A stretch of DNA of 64,000 bases from Takakia lepidozioides (lineage: Eukaryota; Plantae; Bryophyta): the NCBI GenBank assembly GCA_030704615.1, contig CM060731.1, positions 75,888,001 through 75,952,000 of the forward strand, in the 5' to 3' direction. Of this stretch, positions 40,152 through 51,600 are shown piece by piece. The notes beneath the pieces are model-generated. The model had not been told where the DNA came from. It searched no databases and saw nothing but the letters and a program-made list of their open reading frames with translations. A program made the position numbers and the translations under genes. Every line of letters begins with the position of its first letter. Within the stretch, counting starts at the first letter, position 1.

Positions 40152-40760
40152 GTCTGGCCAAGATCATCCCCGAGACCCAAACGCATGTCACCACAAGTGT
40201 TGCTGGTACTGTGGGCTACATCGCCCCTGAATACCACCAGACTTGCAGGTACCAGCCGAGCTCCATCACCTCCCCCACAGCACCCAGCATAAACATCATC
40301 TCTGCTAGATCATATCCTTGTATCACGAGAAACTCAAAGAGTGAAGATTCTACTCCTGTTGTTCTCTTGCATCCAAGTTTTTCTCATTCAAAGACACCAA
40401 TAGGTACTGTAGAAGTTTGACTGGAAGTTTTATGTGGTGCACAGGTTCACGGAGAAGAGCAATGTGTATAGCTTTGGGGTGGTGCTGGCTGTGCTGTTGA
40501 CAGGGAAGTTGCCCGCTAGCCAACTTTTTGTGGAAGCTGCGGGCGGGAGCATTGGGCACTGGCTGCAGAGCCTGATGCAGTCTGGCACTGCAATAGATGC
40601 CCTGGATCCAAAGCTGCGGGGATCAGAATCAGAAGAGAAGGAGATGCTGCTGGCAAAGAGATTGCAGTCTTTTGCACTGATGATCAGCCTGCTGAGCGCC
40701 CATTGAGAAAGGAGGTGCTCCGAACGCTGCTCCAGATTCCAGATTCTCAAGACTCAGTCT
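40152..40760 (+). pseudogene. C-lobe fragment of a receptor-like kinase (SOBIR1/CORYNE-like)
   Basis: LAKIIPETQTHVTTSVAGTVGYIAPEYHQTCR, then intron 40249-40444, then FTEKSNVYSFGVVLAVLLTGKLP...GGSIGHWLQ...ALDPKL...EEKEMLLA. After a frameshift near 40657 it reads IAVFCTDDQPAERP. The N-lobe is absent. Confidence 0.8.
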
Positions 40761-41310
40761 CTTTGAATTCAGAATTCAATTCAGGTTTTGAGATACAACA
40801 CATAGGTAGGATTGTTAGAGAAGAGAGTTTGTAGTTTGTACAAGGAGGTGAAGACTCAATTATTTGGGTTGGAAGCGCAACCATGACACACACCAGAAGA
40901 AAAGATCACTGCCACACAAGCACATTAACCTGAAAGTTGTAAGCCTTCAAATCCATCAAATATGTGTAACATAAACCACTCGAGTTGCACTAATCAAATG
41001 CACACAGAATCTGAGGTCTGAAAGTGATCTTGGATCTTCCAAGATTTGCTTGTGCTTCTGCAACTGTACTTGATCTTATCAAGAAGACTAGCAACTGTTG
41101 ATCGGTTTACTCTCTTTTTGGCTTACAGGAGTTATCCAAGGAATGTTTTCAATTGTACACATACTGATACATGGGTGGAGACTACAAGTCTGCCTACAGC
41201 TTTGCAGGAGTAGAGACGATAGCAAGCCCACCATTGACCGTTTGATTGTCATAAGCACTTTGATGAGTGTGTCTTACTTCTCCGAAGTACTTGTCACTGA
41301 GAGAAACAGC

Positions 41311-43301
41311 TAATTTGTGGAATGCAACAGCCAATGTTAGCTATTATGGTCATGCCCAGCTGGGCTGCCCTCTCAGCCTTCCTCCCAAAGCTTTCAGGAG
41401 ATCGCAGGCCAACGAGTCCGGAGCCTCGAGCCTCCGGGAGACCAAGAGTGGACCGGCCTCCCAAGGTTGAATGTTGGTGTAATCATTGTTGGGAAGCAGC
41501 AGACCGATCATGCCGCGACCGCATATCATGCAAAGGCTGTTTGTGGAAATAAGTTGTACTTACAGAAACTGGCAGAAACAAATTAGCTTTTGCTTATGCC
41601 AGAGACTTTTTCCTGGGGGTTCTGCTCCAGAGACCCGCCCATGTGCACCACTGAGGTTATTGGTATTGCAGGGAGTTCCCTGTTTGGAGTAGATTGGAAC
41701 TGTTTCTCCATAGCCTCCTGACTGAACTGGAAGAAAACCTCCGCCATCGTGGCAGCAATTCTCTGACGCATTGTGGGTGCCCTACTCGATACAAAAGCTA
41801 GTGCCAGGGCTCATGTATCTCCTTCCAAAATCACACGGCGGACACCCAGCCCCACCTTGACAAGCAGCAGTCCTACAAGGTTGGCAGTCATTTGTGAGCT
41901 CCTGTCTCCCACCCCACCTGCTGGTTTTACGACCTCTGGAACTCCTCCAGGCACCATCACCATCTCCATGGCAGCTGTCTGCTGCAGACCTTCTGGAGAT
42001 TGCCATGAATGATGAGATGCGCTCCCACTTGAACTCCCTCTTCTCAGTCAACAAGTAGAGAGCGTAATACGGGCTGTGTTGTGGGTGTGTAGTCCATCAC
42101 TAGTCACCTCACAACATAAGGGTACGTAGAACTAAAGGTCTTGAAGTCTGGGTTCACTGCTAAACCAAATCCTTCTAGTGATGGAAGCGAACGCGCAGCA
42201 CCAGGGTGTAGTAAGCGGGCAACCGAAACTGAAATTTGAAGGCGATTTCTAGGAACTTCCTTGTGAGCTGTCCAAAACTGAAGTCGGGAACTCCATTCTT
42301 GATGATGGCATCTGGGCCCTCACCAAACACCCTCTCCAAAGCCTGTAATCCAGACACAGCTTCAACAATGAAAAGTGATGTCCTTTCTACTCAAGGGTCC
42401 TTGTAAACACATTCTGGATGGTGGAGGCTTTAGTAGCACGGTAACAAATCTGAGTGCCCTTTTTTACTTAAATGCACAGAACCAGTCAAGAAATGGCCAT
42501 CGACACACAGATCCACTTGTGTAAGTCCCTTCCCAGGTCTCCCTGCCAAAAACCCAGAACAAAGTTTCATTACTCAGGGCTTCATATTACAACAAAAATA
42601 GATACATCTTCTGCAGATCCGGTAGCACTAAATGAATTAGAAAGAAATCTGCCAGGGAGAAGAAGTCAGAAACCAAACAATGCAATCAGTAAGAATGGTG
42701 CAGGATAAACCCCATTGTCATCATGGAGCCAAGACCAATTAATACAATACTCCCTTGACATTCGCAAGGATATGAGCTTCACAAACAAGGGATGGTTGCC
42801 AACCCTATGGAGTCGGGTCTAGATAGAGGGAGTAAGTTCACCCATGAGTTCTGTCAGTTTTCACTGCTTGATCTTCTATTGCTGTTGTATATTCAGGGAG
42901 GTACAGAAGGTTGTATGAGAGTAAGTTGAAAAGGCATGCTTCAGATTACCATCAATAGCCTGTGCATCTTGCAAGCAAGCACAAATACAACCGACCCCCT
43001 GTAATGAGCTAAATTTGGACTATTTACTTACCAGCCGTACTGCAAACCGATCAGTGGTTGGCTTTAGCACATCCATTTCCCATAAATCATCAGCCGGGCC
43101 CTGCCAATCTCCATTCACCAAGTGGGTGACAGCTGCCAGCATGGCACCCTGGTGCTTTTTCTCCATGTGGGTGATTAGGCCAAAATCTATTAACTGCAGA
43201 GTTCCATCTTGGGTAAAAAGAATGTTCCCAGGATGTGGGTCTGCATGCATGATGCCTGTATCCATCAGCTGCACCAGCGATGACTCTGTTCCCTTGTTAA
43301 C
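41311..43301 (-). pseudogene. ABC1/UbiB atypical kinase (ABC1K) partial pseudogene
   Basis: Exon 43301-43032 encodes GIMHADPHPGN...LIDFGL...HLVNGDW. The exon starting at 42342 encodes FRLPAYYTLVLR...SLEG...FKTF...REFKWERI, with a frameshift near 42190 and an in-frame TGA at 42106-42104. The 5' exons were not found and the 3' limit is approximate. Confidence 0.82.
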
Positions 43302-45612
43302 CTGCAAGGGAGATACCACAATGTGACTTCATACCTACTTTACCGCTACAATCCATTGGCAAGAGACCCCAGTTTTGACAGATGGCTCAAGATGATCTTT
43401 TTTTGTGGCCCCCCCCCTCACACCTTTGGTATGGAAGGGTGGCCCACTATATGAAAATCCTAATCAAACCATAGGATCCACGCAGGAAATTGGAGACCCA
43501 TTCGAGTAATTACTGAGTCATAGTGGTCAGAAAAACTTTATGCTCTTGATCATGATGTCAGCGCCAACCAATCATCACCACTTAGTCCCTCCAACTACAT
43601 TTTATTAGCAATATATTAGATTGAGTTTCATACTCTGGTGGATCCTAGCTCTTCTGTCAAGGAGATGTCATGGCTACTACAAACAGGGAATTGCTTCGGA
43701 GCACGTCTTTCCCTCCACACCTCTGAAGCTTCTCAGCTGGTCCCCCTATCAATGTATGTTTGTGTGACTGGTGAATGGCGTATGTAGATCCATGAGGACT
43801 ATGTGATGCACCAAGCAGGAAAATGACGTTAATCCACAAAAAATCAACGGAAGTCCAATAAACAAAAATGGCTGTTAAAGATATTAACTCCATTCAGGGA
43901 CCCCTCAAACTGGGTCTTCTCCTCCGCTTGCCATGACATGTTCCTTAAGGCACTGTGGGATTGTTACTTGTGCTTCGTCACCAGTCTCTGCAGATCCTAG
44001 TACTTCACTTCTCTCTACAACTCTTGTGCAGGGTCCACTGAAAGCACCATTGGCCACTCTTTCATTGGCCTCTCTGTCCAATGCCAGCTCCATTTCCACA
44101 ATCCCATGACAATTTCTGGAATCAATGGCCATCACAGGCCCCACCTCTGAAGTCTTGGAGTTGGCCGAGCTGTCAGGCTTTTTCTGCAGATTGAAAGGAA
44201 AACTTACTTTCCGGGCACCCCACGTGCTTGAAGTCCCAGGGCGGATTCTCTGTTTCTTGGATGTTCTCATCACCCATTGGCCTCTGAAGGTCTACAGCTC
44301 TGAAGGTCTCTTCCTTCACCCCTTCTTGCCTAGCTGCCATTGTCACCCTAGCTCTCCCACTCTCTGGACCCCCATGCATGACTGCATCTGCAGGGTTGTC
44401 CGGTTGAGGCTCAGGCATAAGTTCCGAACAGTTGATTGAAATATGTGTGGGGAATTTTGGCAAGAGTCCACCGTAAAATCACAATTCATCAATTGATTGG
44501 GAGAGAGTGTGGAGGGCAGAGACCTATATCCTCATTGACTAGAAATATGTTTGACACACCGTAATTCTAATGAGTTATGAACCCTCCCAGATGTGGAGTT
44601 TCTAGTTTCTACCCAACTACAGTATGAGAAACCTAAGTCCGAGCTTGCTCAGCTAATTGCACTCCAATCACAGGGAATTGAGTCTTCATCTTTAAAAGCA
44701 CATGGTGATTCCAGAACTCCTGCACTAGTATCGATAAGGCCGGGCGTATGGGCGAACTCCAATATTTGGCGGGGAACGACGCACGGTGATACCGGAGCCA
44801 GTAACTAGAGCCAAGACCCGAGATCCTTGACAAAAAGAATAAACACCCCCGCCCCACGGGGGCTGATACCATTCTTCACCAGGAGTGGGGCGCTCAAAAA
44901 ACCCGGCCTCGTGTTGAGTGTTCGATGGAAGCTTTCCTTTGAAGGGTCTGGTTGAAATTGACGCTTGAGAAGATGCGAGACATGATTTGCGAGCTTTCCT
45001 GAGAGCCGCAACCCGTGCATTGTAAGGATGGGTTGATGTGCGAGTATCTTTCGCCAATGCCTTGGGCACTAGAAAGCCCGTCTGCACGGGAACGATCCCT
45101 GGAGCCATGAGACTCCCTCCACACCATTGAACATGTTGGTTCTTGCTCTAAACAGCGACCAAGATTGCAGTCTCTACCTCAAAGACCTTCAATTCTTCCA
45201 TTAATCTCTACTGCGGGTCCTAGACCATGCCAATCCCCCTCTCCCTCCCTCTCTCTCTCTCTTCTTCCATCCTCCGACATCTCACACCCCGTAGGAAAAC
45301 TCTGAGAGCTCAGAAGTTTCATCTATGTATCATCCATCCAGTTGTATCATCTATCACTCAGTTCAATACACCTCACTGGAGTTCTGCTGCCCCTAATATT
45401 CTCAATTCCACGTAATTATAATTGTAATTAACAGAATGGTGCCACGTGCCGTGTATTGAGCCCACAGGTACTGAGGGGTCACCCACCCTGTGAAGCATGC
45501 TGGGCCCTCAAAAATTTGGGAGCCGTTGCGTGCAGGATGCCACAAGGAAAGCACAGGAAAACTAGGTGAACAGCAATCTAAAGCATCCGAGAACCTTGCC
45601 CTGCTGCAAGCG

Positions 45613-48600
45613 ATGAATTTTCTGAGGGAAATGGAGGAGCGTCTGAAGGAAATGGAGGATCGTCTAGCGGAATCTCGTAGAATTGTAACGGAGTGTCATA
45701 GTAGAGGTGATGATGACGCAACGGTGGAAGCTACTCTTCTCGGTCTCGGCCTCCTTGCTCCTGCCGCTCCTGCTAGAGGTATACTTTGGATATTCATAGG
45801 TCTTGAATTATCTCGAAGCTTCTGATTCTGTTTGCAGCTTGTAGTAGAAAAATTCTCATGATTTCCACTTGAAATATGATGTCTAGGTGAAACAATGTGG
45901 GAGGCGCTCAGTGCAAAGCTCCCAGGGGAGGTAGTGAGCAGATATAGATCCTCGGCGGTCCAGACACAGACACACCCTGTGAGTGGTGGGAAGACCGCCC
46001 ACAGAGTAGGCCGTTGGGATCTCCTTCCTGATTGCACTGAGTGGCTGAACATACAGAAGCCATTATTGGAGCAGCATTCGGCTCCTCAATACCCTAGTAC
46101 CTTGTATTCAACTACAGAACCCATTGCGAAGGAGACACAGGTGATCAGCAGCACCATGGCTACTTTGTTTCGCCCGGTGAATGATGCTGCAAAAATTCTG
46201 CACCTGCCTGCTCGTTTGACAGAGGCGATAGGGAAATCCAACTGTCCAAGTGTCACGTTGATGGATCTGATGGCTGAAGCGTACGATCCCACAAGTTTCA
46301 AGGCACTCAGGATCATTATGCCTATAGAAGGCAAAGGGCATTGGCAGGAACGACACGGTGGGAAACTCTTCCACGAGTTATTGCAGGGAAGTGAGAAGGA
46401 GAAATTGAAAGTAGCCAAGCCAGCGGCACAGTTACTCATGTACTCAGTAAGTTTCTCAAATCAATTTTGGAAAGACTCTTCGCAAGGTGTGGCTTTGTAA
46501 TTGTACAATCTCTCGTTTTGCAAAATGGGCTGTTCCGATCAGTTTCAGGATTTGTTCTTTTGTCCTGGTGTTTACAAGGTGTTTGGCAGGGTGGGCTTGG
46601 TCTTAGGAGACTCTGTTTACATCTATGGCTACTTAGTTGCACTATTGTGGTTCTCATAGAGCAATCCAAGATCACCTGACTACAGACATAAACATAAGTG
46701 GGTTTCCCTTCTTTTTTCCTTCCCTGAATAATCTGGCTTAGAGTGAAGATATGATCCACACAGCCCCTGTTTCGCCGAAAGCCATCTTGGCCTTCATGGA
46801 AACAACCTCTAGATTAGCTTCTGCCTCTAAGGAACGTTGAAACTGCTTTGAACCTTTGAATGTCATGTAAAAGATATCCTTCGTGGTTGTAAGCTTTGCT
46901 CAAAAGGAAGCAATTGGCGAAGAAAATATAACTTCCTCTTCGGGTCTGGCTTCTTACCGATTGTGTCTTCCCATGTCTGGATCAAGGCAGAGGTAATTAT
47001 ATTCCTGTTATATGGGACCTTGTAAAGCAAAGTCGAATCTCACTAACCACATACAAACATCTATGAGAAAGGCAGTTCCGTACGGCTCAGGCTTGTGTCA
47101 AAAGCCACAGAGTCCATGTAATGGCAGGTCAATACACATGCCTCAACCTCGAGACGAGTACTTATAACTCTGCAAAAAAAGAGCAAGTGCCATTTTCAGA
47201 GGCAATATCATGTAGTGTCCGTAATGGCATTGGTGCTGCTCATAGCCTTGTTGTTGTCTTTTGCATCTGAACTGGCAACAAACTGTCCTATTTGCGTATC
47301 TCTGCAAAAATAAGCAACCAAATTCCAGGGTGTTGCAACATCTGGATAGGAACTGATTGTACCCTCATGTAGTGACTCCCTCTCTGCTATCCATGACAGC
47401 AGTAGATGGGAGAGGGAGTTCATCTGCTGCTTTGGCTGCAGCTGAGGGGGGGACTGAGAATTCATGTGCTGCTGTCATTTCGGCTGGTGGCACCACTGCA
47501 ACAGCCAAGATCATTTTGATTGAAAAGTGAAGATGGCTTGCAATGATACAAAACAGTATATGCTGTATATGCAAGTACAGTATATGCTGTCGAAGGATGC
47601 TTTCTTCAGCAGAAAGCAAGTTTGGAACAGAAATGTGAGGTACAGTTGAAGAGATGCCATAGCAGACTGCAAATTGTCCTCCAAGAGACTCGGGTTCAGA
47701 CCACAAGTGCAGGTCTTGGCTCCAGAAGTCGATCTTCCATCCATATGTGTGATGATCATGTGATGAAGGAAGTAGAGATGGTAAGAAAAGGAAGATTGAA
47801 TTAGAAATGTACACATAAGACGTTGTTTGCCGTAGCCTTGTGGCTATTGACCCCCCGCCCAGTTTGAGCGGAAACCAAAGGGACAGAACCTACCTCTGTC
47901 AGGGGCTGACATTGGTAGTAAGACTTACCTTTATACATAGAATTGATTCGGTTTTCCAGATATCTCTAGAAATCCCTTCACACAAGCATCAATCTGCTGT
48001 GTGTGATTTGCCCAAAAACTAGGCCTCAGAAGGGCCTGGGCTTTTGGCTCAGCCTCGAGACTTGCAAAGTTGGTAAACAGAGGTTCAGGCACAATTCTCT
48101 TGATAGATTGGAGGAGAGCTTCTCCCTGGTGAGAGTACCCCGGACAGTGAATCAGAAAATGAATATTGTCTTCGGGTTGCCCACACAACAGGCAATTGCA
48201 CTCTCCCTTTCCTCTCTGCTTCTGTTTACTGTTCAAAGGTAGGCTTCCTGCCCTGAGTTTAAATTTCAGTCTGGTGCCGAGAGTGGGTAGACCCTTGAGG
48301 TCATCCATGATATCCTCCCCCATGTCACAGACTGGAAACAGGTTCAGGGAAGTTTTCTGCCAACTTCATTTGCATCAGACAATTTTCTGGTAACAGACAT
48401 GGCTTTGGACACTACAGTCTCTAAGTCAGATTTATCCAGCAAGGTCAAGACTTGCGGGTCCAGATTCAGATCCTTGAGAATCTCTTCTACTCTCTTCTGC
48501 CAGGACTTAGCCTGTTTGACAGGGCGGTCCTGTTTTTTTGACATCCAAGAAAAAAACATAAGTGGGTTTCCCTTCTTTTTTCCTTCCCTGGATAATCTGG

Positions 48601-51600
48601 CTTAGAGTGAAGATATGGTCCACACAGCCCTTGTTTCGCCGAAAGCCAGCTTGGCCTTCATGAAAACAACCTCTAGATTCCAGATCAACCTCGAGACGAG
48701 TACTTACAACTCTGCAAAATATCTTGCCAACAGCATTGAGAAGCGTGATGCCACGATAGTTCCCCGGGTCTTCTCTGTCACCCTTCTTATATAGATTGAC
48801 CATGACCCCCTGTCGCCAGCGAAAGGGGATCATTTCAGTCTTCCAGATAAGGTTAAAGTGGAGAACTAGGGCCTCTATCATGGGATCGCCACCATGCTTG
48901 ATAAGCTCGTTGACTATGCCATCAGGACCCCCTGCTTTATATCCATTTAGATGATCAATTGCTTCCACAATCTCAGAAGAACTAATGGGAGTGTTGTAGG
49001 CTTTTGAAATATACTCCAGTTCATCAGGGCTGTTTTGAATACAGTTTTACCAACTGTGTCCTTCCATTCATCAGAGGACCCCGCACTGTTAGACCTAGAA
49101 GTTCTGCCAAGGATACTGTAGTGGGTTTCAGAGGTTTTGACAATGTCAACCGATGAAGTTACCACTGCACCCTTAGTAGTCTTCAGCGCTTGTACTTGCT
49201 GACAGCTTTTCGGCTTGTACAAACGTTGAAGGGCCAACCAGAATCTCTTGTCATTACCACCATGATGGTTTGAGTTTATTTCACTGTATAACTTGTCCCA
49301 GTATAATTTCTTCTGAGCCCTTACAAGCTGATTTGATATCTTTACGGATCTGGTAGTACCTCGCCCACAATTCTTTGTTGGTTTTCAAATTGCAGCACTC
49401 TTTATAAAGGACTCGTCCCTCAGCTATCTTGAGTTTAATCTCATTGGTCCACCAATTAACAGCTCTATCGCAGACAATTAGTTTCCTCCCAATGATCTTG
49501 TCAGCCGCAGAGGAGACGAAACTCTCCCAAGAATCCACTGCTCTTTCGACTTCATTTCTTGCATTGTCAGCGCGAGACTGAAGGTCTTGGAGCGAGTGGA
49601 CAAAATGAGGGAGAGGCCTGGACATGAGGCCTGGACATACTCAGCCTTGACCTCTTCATTATGGAATTTTTCTATGCGCCACTTCCGAATCGAACATCTC
49701 ACAGTGTTGGGAAAACACCTTTTGATCTCAGTCCAAACCAGGAAGTGGAGGTACCAATATCAGTTCTGTCGATGAACACATTGGCACTCTGGGGAAACAA
49801 ATTTTTGTCCATTATGATATAATCCAACAATGGAACGTTCCCCAGTTTGGGCTTTCTCACGAGTCTCACGGTCAGAAGCTGAAGCTCTTCCAGAGAGTTA
49901 ATTAACCGTCTGCCATTAGAGTTCAGCTCGTCCTCACCAAAAGGCCCAATGATATCATCCTGATGGAGACCTTTACCCACCCGGCATTGAAGTCACCCAA
50001 TAAAATCACCTGACCTTCGGCAAGGAACGAAGCACAGTCTAGCTTTACATCTTCGAAGGCTTTGTCTGCATCAGCACTAAGGGTCCCCTCTGTGGGCATG
50101 TAAAGACAACCCACAAAGAGGTCCTTCGTACTCATGCCGCCCTTCAGTTTCAGTTTTAGCCAGATACTATGCTCGTACCTCAAACCCTTGTCGATAATTT
50201 CACAATTGTCAAACAAGAAATCACGGACAAAGAATCCAACCCCTTTTTGACCGCGTTTGGCAGAGGCTGCCTTGAGAGTACACATCTTACCTGCCCATTT
50301 ATAACCATTGACATCTCCAACCAGTTTATCCGACGTATCCCATGTTTCTTGCCCAGCACAGATATGAATATCATTAGTCCGAAGAACTTGTCCCACTTCG
50401 AGTTGTTTCCTTTGGCTAGTCAGCCCTGAGAAGTTGAAAGTGGCCAGCCGCAAGCCAGCCCTTTGCATGTGAATTGTTTGTCGTCTAGGTAGCTTAAGAT
50501 TGCTCCTGGAAGGCCAACCGTTCTGCAAAGGGGGGACAGTTACCCCGTGTGTAGATTTTGCTCGTCTTGTGTAAACTTTGAGAATTGGTAAACCATTCAG
50601 AGTACCAAATCCTTCGGTTACACGACGTTCAGACTTAGGGACAAGTTGTCCGTCTGACTGCTCAGTGACAATTACCACATGTATAGATTTTGCATGTCTT
50701 GTGTAAACTTTGAGGATTGGTAAACCGTTCAGAGTACCAAATCCTTCAAATACACGACGTTCAGATTCCGTACACTCATGGGCAGATTGTCTGTCAGGCT
50801 GCTTGGATTCAACCTCGTCCAGAGCATCAAACCAATTAGAAACTCTAAAGTTGAAGTCCCTGCCCTTGGTTGTCTTCCTAGAGCGCCCCATGGAATCACC
50901 AATGTCTAAAACCGCCCTCCAGCCAGTCAAGGGACGAACTTCTTAGATTGAGTTGATGTGAGACTCTATTAGAAGCATTTTTGGGCATTGCAACCTTCAA
51001 AGTACCCCTGTTATCAAGTCTCGAGATGGAGCCATTGGCCATGAAATCCAAGCCTAAGCTAGAGCATGTAGTTTTAAAGGACACATCGTCCATCCTGGGA
51101 TTCACCCCAAAAACTACGCATGAAGCCCTAGATTTGTCATAAGTAACCAATTCCCAGGAATCACCCTGGGGAGTGTTGCTGTTGACAGGAGGTAATGTAA
51201 TGATTGTTTTCGTAGGCCATAAGTTTTAGCACAAGGACCAACCCTAGCCCAAGTGCCGAGTATGCTAGACAGAGCATACGACTGCCCAATTTGCGCGGAG
51301 GGGCTGCCCCCAAGCGGTAGGGGTCCGCTTGTTACCATTCAGAGATCACACTCCAGGGAGTTGCAGGGAATGGCCTGTGTAGGCATATTCTAAAGAGGGA
51401 AAGGCCCCAAGCTTTCCAACTAAATCCAATGCACTACCTTACCTGGAGCAAAGCGCTTCAGGTCAAAACAAACAAAGACACGAGGTCACAAGGCCGGCAG
51501 TTAGTCACAGAGACATTAATGTACTCCCGTATCAAGTCAACCCAATGGCAATAGGCTTCCTAGAGGACAGGGAGAGGAAGATTGAATTAGAGAACCAGAA

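Noticed and set aside
43905-45130. Low-complexity minus-strand ORFs
   Set aside because: Possibly an L1 ORF1 relic, but there is no diagnostic motif.
51350-51574. Self-cleaving (HDV-like) ribozyme at the LINE 5' end
   Set aside because: Such ribozymes are known for some RTE elements, but I could not identify the nested pseudoknot by eye; a covariance-model search is needed.
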